35,307 nucleotides of DNA, taken from assembly GCA_029941275.1 (NCBI GenBank), contig JAPYQK010000001.1, forward strand, positions 19,205 through 54,511. The letters are read 5' to 3'. The notes under the pieces are model-generated. The model was not told the DNA's origin. It did not search any database and saw only the letters and a list, made by a program, of their open reading frames with translations. Below, one piece after another: positions 23,999 through 32,272 of the stretch (within the stretch, counting starts at the first letter, position 1; each line of letters starts with the position of its first letter). The translations under genes and the position numbers were made by a program. The stretch comes from Longimicrobiales bacterium (GTDB lineage Bacteria; Gemmatimonadota; Gemmatimonadetes; Longimicrobiales; Gaopeijiaceae).

Positions 23999-25384
23999 AT
24001 GAAGTTCATCACAGGAAAACACATCTCCCGGCGGACCGCGCTTCGCGGCATGGGCGCTTCTCTCGGCCTTCCGCTTCTCGATGCCATGATTCCGGCAGGA
24101 CGTTTGTGGGCGTCGACGCCCACAGCGGCTGATGTGGACGCCACCCGCTTGGTATGTATAGAGCAGGTCCACGGAGCAGCCGGGTGTAACGACCTGGGAG
24201 CCTCGATGAACCTCTGGTCGCCCAAAGCCACCGGGAGTGACTTCGACCTGTCGCCTACGAGCTTGAAATCGTTGGAGCCCTTCCGTGACTATCTGACCAT
24301 CATCAGTGACACGGACTCGCGTATGGCTGACGCCTTCTCCCCTGAGGAGATCGGCGGAGACCACTTCCGGACCGCCGCGGTGTTCCTCACGCAGGCGCAT
24401 CCGAAGCAGACGGAAGGGTCGGACGTTTTCGTGGGCACGTCGTTCGACCAGATCTTCGTAAAGCACCTCAGCAACGGCACGCCGATTCCGTCTGTGCAGC
24501 TGTCCATCGAGAACGTGGATCAGGCGGGTGGCTGTGCCTACGGCTATGCATGCGCCTACACGGACACGATTAGTTGGGCCTCTCCGAGCGAGCCGCTCCC
24601 GATGGTCCGCGATCCCCGCGCTGTTTTCGAGATGTTGTTTGGTGCCGGGGGTACTCCTGAGCAGCGCGCGAAGCGGCGGCAGGCCGATCGCAGCATCCTA
24701 GACTGGATGCTGGAGGAGATTTCCGCACTGCAGCGGACCCTGGGGCCGGCCGATCGTCACCGCCTCGACCAGTACACCTCGAACATCCGTGAGCTGGAGG
24801 AGCGCATCCGGCGGATCGAAGAGCAGAACGCGAGTGGTGAAGAAAGGGAGATCCCTGAGGCACCGGTGGGCGTTCCGGACGACTTTGCCGAGCATATGGA
24901 GTTGATGTTCGACCTCCAGGTTCTGGCTTTCATGTCGGACACCACCCGCGTGTTCTCGTTGAAGATGGGTCGGGACGCGTCCCCGAGAGTGTTCGCGGAG
25001 AGCGGCGTCACCACGCCATTCCACTCTTCGTCGCACCACGGCGGCCGCGAGAGTCGCGTGCTCGACTTCGCAGCGATCAACTCCTATCACGTCGGAATGC
25101 TGCCCTACTTCCTGGAGAAGTTGAAGAACACGATGGAGGGCGATTCGAACCTGCTGGACAAGACTATGATCGTGTATGGATCCGCCATGGCGGACAGCAA
25201 CCTGCACAACCACATCCGGTGCCCGCTATTCCTGGTGGGTGGCGCTAACGGCAAACTCGCCGGCGGCCAGCACGTCCGGGCTCCCATGGGTACACCCATG
25301 GCGAACGTCATGCTCGACATGCTGCACAAGCTCGATGTGGATATCGATTCGTTCGGTAACAGCACCGGCACATTCACCATCTGA
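23999..25384 (+). CDS. DUF1552 domain protein with twin-arginine signal
   Basis: 461-aa ORF. MKFITGKHISRRTALRGMGASLGLPLLDAM is the canonical DUF1552 Tat N-terminus. FHSSSHHGG motif. GAGG 9 nt upstream; 25 nt after the DUF1592 stop. Confidence 0.85.
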   Translation: MKFITGKHISRRTALRGMGASLGLPLLDAMIPAGRLWASTPTAADVDATRLVCIEQVHGAAGCNDLGASMNLWSPKATGSDFDLSPTSLKSLEPFRDYLTIISDTDSRMADAFSPEEIGGDHFRTAAVFLTQAHPKQTEGSDVFVGTSFDQIFVKHLSNGTPIPSVQLSIENVDQAGGCAYGYACAYTDTISWASPSEPLPMVRDPRAVFEMLFGAGGTPEQRAKRRQADRSILDWMLEEISALQRTLGPADRHRLDQYTSNIRELEERIRRIEEQNASGEEREIPEAPVGVPDDFAEHMELMFDLQVLAFMSDTTRVFSLKMGRDASPRVFAESGVTTPFHSSSHHGGRESRVLDFAAINSYHVGMLPYFLEKLKNTMEGDSNLLDKTMIVYGSAMADSNLHNHIRCPLFLVGGANGKLAGGQHVRAPMGTPMANVMLDMLHKLDVDIDSFGNSTGTFTI

Positions 25385-25394
25385 GGAGCGCGAC

Positions 25395-27170
25395 ATGTCG
25401 GTAGCAACAAGAGAGACCGGACTTCGGAAGGTGTCGATCGCGATGCTCGCCCTTTTGGTGCTCGCCGGGGCCACCCCAGCTGAGTCACCCGTCGCTGACG
25501 CGGCCCAACGAGGGGACCTCGAAGCAGTCCGCGCGCTGCTTCAACAAGGAGCGGATCCTAATGCCGCCCAAGCTGATGGCCTCACCGGGCTACACTGGGC
25601 GGCCCTGAATGGCGGCGATGGGATCGCCGAGATTCTGCTTTACGCCGGTGCGGCGGCGAGTCCAGTCACGCGAGTGGGTGGTTATACCCCGCTACACCTA
25701 GCCAGTCAAAGCGGACACGGTGCAGTCGTGCTTACACTGCTGGAGGGCGGAGCTAACGCCGACAAGTACACCACCACCGGCGTCACAGCCCTGCACTTCG
25801 CCGCCCAGTCCGACGCGGCCGATGCCATCCGTGCGCTGGTCGAGCACGGTGCGGACGTCAACGCGCGCGACGCCTTCTCGAATAGAACGCCACTGATGTT
25901 CGCGTCGCATCGTGGTGCCCTTGAGGCGACGCGTGCGCTGGTTTTCGCCGATGCGGATCTCACCGCCACCACCAACGTGAAGGACTACGTCGAGATCGTG
26001 GCCGCAAACACAGCCGAGCAAGCGCAGAGGGCCAGGATCATCGCAGCGGCCGAAGAGCCCGACCCGGATGCAGAACCCCAGAGGCCCCGCACGCCACGGC
26101 TACCGTGCCTCGAGGAGGACGGCCCGAAGATCATGTCCTCCACCGAGCAGATCGGAACACAAGGTGGTTTCGCCGCCCTGCATTTCGCCGCACGGGAAGG
26201 GCACATCGAAGCGGCTCGCCTCCTGGTGGAATCCGGAGCCGATATCGATCAAGTCACGGAAGGCGATAAATCGACCGCCCTCCTGGTTGCGGTGATCAAC
26301 GGCAATTACGACTTGGCGCGCGAACTCCTCGACGCCGACGCCGATCCCAACATGCTCAGTGACGACGGGGCGGGCCCGCTGTTCGCCACCCTCAACATCG
26401 AGTGGTCGCTGCGAACCTGGTATCCACAACCCCAGGCTTTTCGCCAGCAGGAGACCTCGTACTTACAACTGATGCAGTTGCTGCTCGACGCTGGAGCGGA
26501 CGTGAACGCCCGCGCCTCGTCGCATATCTGGTACTCGGCGTACAACGCCGGTCGGATGGGTGTGGACTTCACCGGGGCGACGCCGTTCTGGCGGGCCGCC
26601 TACGCCGCTGACGTCGCCGCCATGCGGTTGCTCGTGGCCAACGGCGCCGATCCCGACATCTGGACGCAGAATTTGGTGTGTAACCGTGAGCCCGTCGATC
26701 CGGACGTGCCAGACAACCCAGAGAACGATGAGCCGGACCCGGCGGATCCTTCTGGTCTGGAAGCTGTCCCGCACGGGGCACCGGCGGTCCACGCACTTCA
26801 CGCGGCTACAGGAGTGGGCTTCGGTACTTCCCGCGTCGCGCAGACGCACCGGCACGTGCCCGACGGTTGGCTACCCGCCGTGAAGTACCTGATCGAGGAG
26901 ATTGGCGTCGATCCGAACTTGCGTGACAAGGACGGCTTGACGGCCCTCCACAACGCTGCCGCGAGGGGTGACAACGAAACGATTCTCTACTTGGTGGAGC
27001 AAGGCGCGGACGTGACCTTGATCGGCCGCCGGGGCCAGACCGTGGCCGACTTGGCGAACAGCCCCGAACAAAGGGCCCAGCCACATCCAGAGACCATCGC
27101 GCTTCTGGAAAAGTTGGGCTCGGAGAATAGTCACAAGTGCCGGTCTTGCGGCGTGGGAGCGCCCGATTAA
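25395..27170 (+). CDS. exported ankyrin-repeat protein
   Basis: Start set at ATG 25395; GAGGAG at 25383-25388 overlaps the DUF1552 stop. Signal KVSIAMLALLVLAGATPAES. Multiple ANK units (GLTGLHWAALNG, YTPLHLASQSGH, VTALHFAAQS, FAALHFAAREGH, GLTALHNAAARGD) each followed by LL..GAD.N. C-terminal HKCRSCG. Confidence 0.85.
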   Translation: MSVATRETGLRKVSIAMLALLVLAGATPAESPVADAAQRGDLEAVRALLQQGADPNAAQADGLTGLHWAALNGGDGIAEILLYAGAAASPVTRVGGYTPLHLASQSGHGAVVLTLLEGGANADKYTTTGVTALHFAAQSDAADAIRALVEHGADVNARDAFSNRTPLMFASHRGALEATRALVFADADLTATTNVKDYVEIVAANTAEQAQRARIIAAAEEPDPDAEPQRPRTPRLPCLEEDGPKIMSSTEQIGTQGGFAALHFAAREGHIEAARLLVESGADIDQVTEGDKSTALLVAVINGNYDLARELLDADADPNMLSDDGAGPLFATLNIEWSLRTWYPQPQAFRQQETSYLQLMQLLLDAGADVNARASSHIWYSAYNAGRMGVDFTGATPFWRAAYAADVAAMRLLVANGADPDIWTQNLVCNREPVDPDVPDNPENDEPDPADPSGLEAVPHGAPAVHALHAATGVGFGTSRVAQTHRHVPDGWLPAVKYLIEEIGVDPNLRDKDGLTALHNAAARGDNETILYLVEQGADVTLIGRRGQTVADLANSPEQRAQPHPETIALLEKLGSENSHKCRSCGVGAPD

Positions 27171-27180
27171 GAACGCATCG

Positions 27181-27720
27181 GTGGGATCGAGGAGTTTGTG
27201 GGCACTCGCGGCCCTCGCGTCGATTTCGGTCAGCACTGACGCCGCGGCTCAGGACCGAATCTGGAATCGCTACTCACTCGAAGACCTCGGCGGTGTGTTC
27301 GTGCGCGCCGAGGCGGACGATCCCTGCGAGAGCGTTGGAGTTACACGCCGGGACGTTCAGGTGAACGCCGAGGAGTTACTCGCCGAATCCGAGGTCGAGT
27401 TGCTCACCGAGGGCGAAATGCTCCGGAACCCTGCCCTCCCGGAGCTTCGGATCACGTTGCTATGTGTCTTGGGCGAAGAGGGTGCGTCCGGATCGGTCGC
27501 CTACTCGGTTTCGCTGAGGGTGCAGCAGGCGGCCCAGATGACCCGAGATACGCAAATCTCCTTACCGGAAGCCGTCACTTGGTGGTCGACGGCCGTGGGA
27601 GTCGCGGAAGCCGGAGCGGTCGAAGACGCACTGGACGAAGATTTGCGAACCAAGATTGAGGAGTTCGCCACGGCCTACCTAGAGGCCAACGCCGAGGAAG
27701 AGGAGTCCGGGGCGAACTAG
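27181..27720 (+). CDS. small secreted acidic protein, function unknown
   Basis: 179-aa ORF from GTG 27181, 10 nt after the ankyrin stop. Signal MGSRSLWALAALASISVSTDAAAQD. Glu-rich C-terminus. No family recognised. Confidence 0.6.
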   Translation: MGSRSLWALAALASISVSTDAAAQDRIWNRYSLEDLGGVFVRAEADDPCESVGVTRRDVQVNAEELLAESEVELLTEGEMLRNPALPELRITLLCVLGEEGASGSVAYSVSLRVQQAAQMTRDTQISLPEAVTWWSTAVGVAEAGAVEDALDEDLRTKIEEFATAYLEANAEEEESGAN

Positions 27721-27817
27721 AGCTCCACGTATCTCCAGGCGGCTGCGGCCCGAGTCACTCGCCCCACCAACACCAAGCCCTGGCCGGTCACGCCCTGCTC
27801 TTGGCCAGACCGCGTAC

Positions 27818-28804
27818 CTACCGCCCCGCCGCCGCACGACCGATGAGAATCGTTTCGTCGGCCCCTGATCCTTGCATCAGAAGCGCCAAGAAACCCTCCT
27901 GAACCCGTGCCTCGATGTCCCGCGCGTTAGCCGTGATCATGTCGGCGACGCCTATACGCTTTGCGTGGGACAGTACCTCCTGGTTTCCCGCCTCCGCCGC
28001 TTCTCGATCGCCCCCCAGCGCACCGGTGAGGCTCCCGATGCCGCACGCCAGGATGCTGTAACCGGGCGTATCAGCGATCTCAGCGACCGCAGCCAACGCA
28101 CCTGGATCCTCGATCATGATCATCGCGAGAATCTCGCCCGTCGGATTCGAAGGTGACCACACGTCCGCGCCGGCATCCGAGAAGAAACTCACGGCTGCTC
28201 GAGCCTCCTCCGCGTTCCGGACATGGGGCAGAACCACCCCGTCGGCTCCCGCCGCGAGGATCTCCCCTATGCGAGTCCGTGTGACGGCTTCCCCGTCGCG
28301 CTCGATGGGGGGGATACGCACAAGGAGCGTCTTTCGGCTCACCGCGCTCGGGCTCCGTAACCCTTCCGCGATGGCCTGGACCGCCTCGACGTTGTAGCCG
28401 CCCTCCAAATTCAGGAAGAGGAAGTCGTAGAGCGGGTTCTGGGCCAGCCGCTCGCCTCCCTCCCTGGTATAGACGGGCGCCGGCCGCTCCCCACCACGTC
28501 GCTGTTCCGCGGTGGGCGGACGTTCGTTGGGTACGAAGATGCCGAAGGCCGCAGTCCCGTCTGCCCACAAATCGATGAGCACGTTCTCGTGGGCGACCGC
28601 CACCAGCTCAGCTGCTGAGCCGCCCACGGATGCATCACCCGTAGGTCCACCACCACGCGCGTTGCCGCCCTCATTACCGGGATTCTCTGCCTGGCACCCT
28701 GCGAGACTCAGAACGGCTACTGCCGTGACGCCCACCGAAAGCCTTCGCCGGGTCACCGCGAGGGTACCCTTGAAGCGGTGCGTTCTTGTTTTCACGGTTG
28801 GCAT
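27818..28804 (-). CDS. HpcH/HpaI aldolase/citrate-lyase-family-like TIM-barrel protein with lipoprotein signal
   Basis: Start at ATG 28804 (alternative TTG 28852). TRRRLSVGVTAVAVLSLAGCQ has an RR n-region plus a LAGC lipobox. LVRIPP, ILAAGADGVVLPHVRNAEEARAAVSFF and MIMIEDPGALAAVAEIADTPGYSILACGIGSL follow the HpcH/HpaI segment order. Confidence 0.6.
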   Translation of the reverse strand: MPTVKTRTHRFKGTLAVTRRRLSVGVTAVAVLSLAGCQAENPGNEGGNARGGGPTGDASVGGSAAELVAVAHENVLIDLWADGTAAFGIFVPNERPPTAEQRRGGERPAPVYTREGGERLAQNPLYDFLFLNLEGGYNVEAVQAIAEGLRSPSAVSRKTLLVRIPPIERDGEAVTRTRIGEILAAGADGVVLPHVRNAEEARAAVSFFSDAGADVWSPSNPTGEILAMIMIEDPGALAAVAEIADTPGYSILACGIGSLTGALGGDREAAEAGNQEVLSHAKRIGVADMITANARDIEARVQEGFLALLMQGSGADETILIGRAAAGR

Positions 28805-29021
28805 CACCTTTGGACTTAGAAATGAACGCAACCCGTTCTTCCGAACCGGCAAAACGTGCGGAGGCGATTCAGGCTCGTCAAGCCAACTCGCGAAGCGCTC
28901 ATGGCTCTGTCTTGCACGACTACTCGCGAAGCCTTCTCGACCCCTCGCCGTCCGGCAAGCTCAACCCTAACTTGATCGGCTCATTTTCTGCTGATCCGAT
29001 CTGCTGCAAGGGGGTATCCCA

Positions 29022-31823
29022 ATGACTGCCCGCATCCTCCGATCTTTCTCCTTTGTGGCGCTCTGCTCCGCCCTCGGGGCGGCATCGATCATCGCTCAGG
29101 ATTTACCAACCCTCGGTGAGGACGATTACGACCAGTGGGAGCGCCTCGGCGCGGCCGTGCCTTCGCCCGACGGGCTCTGGTTGGCCGTATCGGTCCGACG
29201 CGTGAGCGACGAAAACGAGCTCCGGATCCATCAGACGGACTCTGATTCGGTCGTCGTCGTTTCATACGGGACTCGGCCGTCGTTCAGCGCTGACGGTACG
29301 TGGCTCGCATATACCATCGGGGTGTCCGAGGACGAGCGCGAAGCGGCCGAAGAAGGCGACGGAGGTGTCCACAACTCGCTTGGCTTGCTGAATCTGCGTA
29401 CCGGCGAGCCGGAAGAGATCGAGGATGTAGCGGCGTTCCTCTTTTCGGACGACGGAGAGTACTTGTCCCTCACTCGTTACAAACCCGAAGACAAGGAAAG
29501 CGACGGCGTCGACGTGATCGTGCGAACGATGGCGACTGGATCGATCATGAGCTTCGGCAACGTCTCCGGGACTGCGTGGCAGGATGAGGGCGATCTGCTC
29601 GCTCTCACCATCGACGCGGATGGTCAGGTCGGAAACGGCGTGTCGCTGTTCGATCCCGGCACGGGTCTGCTTCGTTCTCTCGATGCGGAAGCCGCGACCT
29701 ACCGGAGCCTCTCCTGGAGAGACGAGTCCGCGGATCTGGTCGTCTTAAAGACCTTCGAGGACGCAGCCTACCTGGACACCGCGCACGTCGCACTGGCTTG
29801 GCGTGACTTGGACGACGACCAGCCCGAAACCTATACGCTCGATCCTCGAAGCCAGACGACCTTCCCACAGTCCATGCGCGCCGTGGAATTCCGCAGACTC
29901 TCCTGGTCCGATGACGGTGCGACTGTGTTCCTGGGCATCCAGGAGCGCAGACCGGATCCGGATGCGGTTGTCGAGGACCCTGCGAACGACGACGCGGACT
30001 CTGAAGCCGACTCCGACTCCGACGCCGACGACGAGGACGAAGAGGAAAGGGCGGGCGTCGAGATCTGGCACTCCCTGGATTTGGATCCCGTCCCCCAACA
30101 GCGTGTCCGGGAGCAGCAGCTCCGACGGGAGAACTTCGTCTCGGCGTGGCATCTCGACGAGGATCGCTTCGTCCAACTCGGGGACGATCTCACCGAATTG
30201 ACTTCGACCGTCGAGGGCGGCGAGTGGCTCGTCGGCCGCGACCAGAGCCCCTATGACCAGGAAGCCATGTTCCGCCAGCAGTTCTTCGACCTCTACGCGA
30301 TCGACGTGCAGACGGGCGCCAAGACGATGATCGAAGACCGACTCACCATGCAGATGGGCGGGAGCGCCGACGGCCGTTATGTGGTCTGGTTCGAGGGTGA
30401 GGACTACTTCAGCTACGACCTCGACTCGGGTGAGAAGCGCAACATCACCGAGAACGTGCCCACGCAGTTCGTGAACCTCGACGTGACACCGACGCGCGAA
30501 CAGATGCCTACGTTCGGGATCGCCGGCTATCTCGAGAACGACCAGGCGATTCTGCTCAACGACCGGTGGGACGTTTGGGAGGTGGAACTGGACGGGGACG
30601 GGCATCAACGGCTGACATACGGAGCCGAGGACGAAGTCCGCTACCGCGTCACCGACCTCGAGCCGGACGAGCCGGCTTACGACCCGGGCCAGCCCCTGTA
30701 CTACACGACGTACGGGGAATGGACGAAGCAGGCGGGGTACTCGCGTGCCCGCCTAGGCGACGCACCAGAGGCACTCATCTGGGACGACAAATCCTACGGT
30801 GGCTTCGCCGGGAGACTCCAGAAGGCTGAGGACGAAGACGTTTTCGTCTTCCGAGAGGAGCGCTTCGATGATTCACCCGACTACTTCGTGGCTGGCGCCG
30901 ACCTGCAGAATCCCCGACAGGTGACTTCTACGAACCCGTTTCAGGACGACTACGCCTGGGGCCGATCGGAACTCATCGACTACGAGAACGAATGGGGGCG
31001 CAAGCTTCAAGGCGCACTCTTTTATCCCGCCGATTACGAGCCGGGCCGCCAGTACCCCATGATCGTCTATCACTACGAGTTGACGTCGCAGTCGCTCCAT
31101 CAATACCAAGTGCCCGATCCCACGCAGTACTACAACCCCCAGATTTGGAGCCACGAGGGGTACTTCGTGCTGAGACCGGATATCGTCTATAGGGACCGGC
31201 GTCCTGGGCAATCGAACGTTGAGACGATCCGCCCGGCGGTCGCGGCAACCGTCGCCACCGGCATGATCGACGAGGATAACATCGGTCTGATCGGCCATTC
31301 ATGGGGCGGGTATCAGACGACGTTCTTCGTCACACAAGACGATCTCTTTACGACCGCCGTCGCCGGGGCTCCGCTCACGAACTTGATGAGCATGTACCTC
31401 TCGTTCTATTGGAACAGCGGAGGCACGGACGCACGTATTTTCGAGATCAGCCAAGGCCGGATGCAGGTCCCCTGGTGGGAGGACTACGCATCGTACGAAG
31501 CCAACTCGCCGCTCCACAACATCCAGAACATGAACACGCCGCTCCTGATGATGTTCGGTACCAACGACGGAGCGGTCGAATACAACCAGGGTGTCGAGTT
31601 CTATAACGCCGCACGTCGACTCGGAAAGCAGATGGTGATGCTCTCGTACGACGGGGAGAACCACGGCCTGGCCAGGGAACCCAATCAGCTCGACTATCAC
31701 AATCGTATCCTGCAGTGGTTCGCCCACTACCTGAAAGGCGAACCAGCCCCGGATTGGATCACCAAGGGTGTCCCCTATCTGGAGCAGAAAGACGGACCGA
31801 AAGCACGCAAGGCGGTCAGTTGA
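29022..31823 (+). CDS. secreted S9 (prolyl oligopeptidase family) serine peptidase with N-terminal propeller
   Basis: 933-aa ORF with signal MTARILRSFSFVALCSALGAASIIAQD. GHSWGGYQ (GxSxGG nucleophile), FGTNDGAV (Asp) and GENHGL (His) in the C-terminal alpha/beta-hydrolase domain. Acidic insert DDADSEADSDSDADDEDEEE in the propeller part. Confidence 0.88.
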   Translation: MTARILRSFSFVALCSALGAASIIAQDLPTLGEDDYDQWERLGAAVPSPDGLWLAVSVRRVSDENELRIHQTDSDSVVVVSYGTRPSFSADGTWLAYTIGVSEDEREAAEEGDGGVHNSLGLLNLRTGEPEEIEDVAAFLFSDDGEYLSLTRYKPEDKESDGVDVIVRTMATGSIMSFGNVSGTAWQDEGDLLALTIDADGQVGNGVSLFDPGTGLLRSLDAEAATYRSLSWRDESADLVVLKTFEDAAYLDTAHVALAWRDLDDDQPETYTLDPRSQTTFPQSMRAVEFRRLSWSDDGATVFLGIQERRPDPDAVVEDPANDDADSEADSDSDADDEDEEERAGVEIWHSLDLDPVPQQRVREQQLRRENFVSAWHLDEDRFVQLGDDLTELTSTVEGGEWLVGRDQSPYDQEAMFRQQFFDLYAIDVQTGAKTMIEDRLTMQMGGSADGRYVVWFEGEDYFSYDLDSGEKRNITENVPTQFVNLDVTPTREQMPTFGIAGYLENDQAILLNDRWDVWEVELDGDGHQRLTYGAEDEVRYRVTDLEPDEPAYDPGQPLYYTTYGEWTKQAGYSRARLGDAPEALIWDDKSYGGFAGRLQKAEDEDVFVFREERFDDSPDYFVAGADLQNPRQVTSTNPFQDDYAWGRSELIDYENEWGRKLQGALFYPADYEPGRQYPMIVYHYELTSQSLHQYQVPDPTQYYNPQIWSHEGYFVLRPDIVYRDRRPGQSNVETIRPAVAATVATGMIDEDNIGLIGHSWGGYQTTFFVTQDDLFTTAVAGAPLTNLMSMYLSFYWNSGGTDARIFEISQGRMQVPWWEDYASYEANSPLHNIQNMNTPLLMMFGTNDGAVEYNQGVEFYNAARRLGKQMVMLSYDGENHGLAREPNQLDYHNRILQWFAHYLKGEPAPDWITKGVPYLEQKDGPKARKAVS

Positions 31824-32192
31824 TCGATGCGAAAGGGCACCCGGGCTGGTGATCAGCAGGACGGAGTCCCGCTGCATGACGGCCGCTACGCGAAGCCCCC
31901 GGGCACGACGTTCTCTGCCCGAGGGCAGGCCATCATAAACAGTCCAGTCCGGGTGCCACTCGTAGTCAGTGGGTACCACGGTCCACTGACAGTGGGCCGA
32001 GTACCCGAGTCGAACCACATCAGGGATCTCGTAGCCAAGTGAATCGCTGTACGACGCGGGCAGTTCGGTCTGTAGGCGGTAACACCCAAATAGACTAGGG
32101 TTAGGAGTGACTGGGGGCAGCCCGCATCCGCCAAGAATGGCCACGACCGAAAGAACCCTCGCGAGGCGTCTCGGCCCCTGGAACTGGGCTGT
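31824..32192 (-). pseudogene. lipoprotein-like ORF lacking a usable start and running antisense into the peptidase gene (probable relic)
   Basis: The frame opens after TGA 32193-32195 and reads TAQFQGPRRLARVLSVVAILGGCGLPPVTPNPSLFGCYRLQ..., a lipoprotein signal with an LGGC lipobox. The first ATG/GTG/TTG is GTG 32144, inside the h-region. No stop occurs until 31299, i.e. 525 nt antisense to the S9 gene. Confidence 0.25.
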
Positions 32193-32272
32193 TCAGCCCA
32201 GACATACACTGGGATTTGATTCCACATTCTGCCTCATGGTCTAGTGTGCTATCATCTGCGTCGTGGACCCAC

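Noticed and set aside
23548-24466. 227-aa and 168-aa minus-strand ORFs spanning the DUF1592/DUF1552 junction
   Set aside because: They are antisense to two strongly supported genes and have no motifs.
25141-25157. cgattcgaacc, resembling a tRNA T-arm
   Set aside because: It lies inside the DUF1552 CDS with no acceptor or anticodon stems around it. No tRNA-like cloverleaf was found anywhere in the window by eye.
25176-25394. 73-codon extension of the ankyrin ORF
   Set aside because: It lies inside the DUF1552 coding region in another frame. GAGGAG plus ATG 25395 give a proper signal peptide.
29745-30608. 287-aa minus-strand ORF
   Set aside because: It is antisense to the S9 peptidase propeller region and is a shadow ORF.
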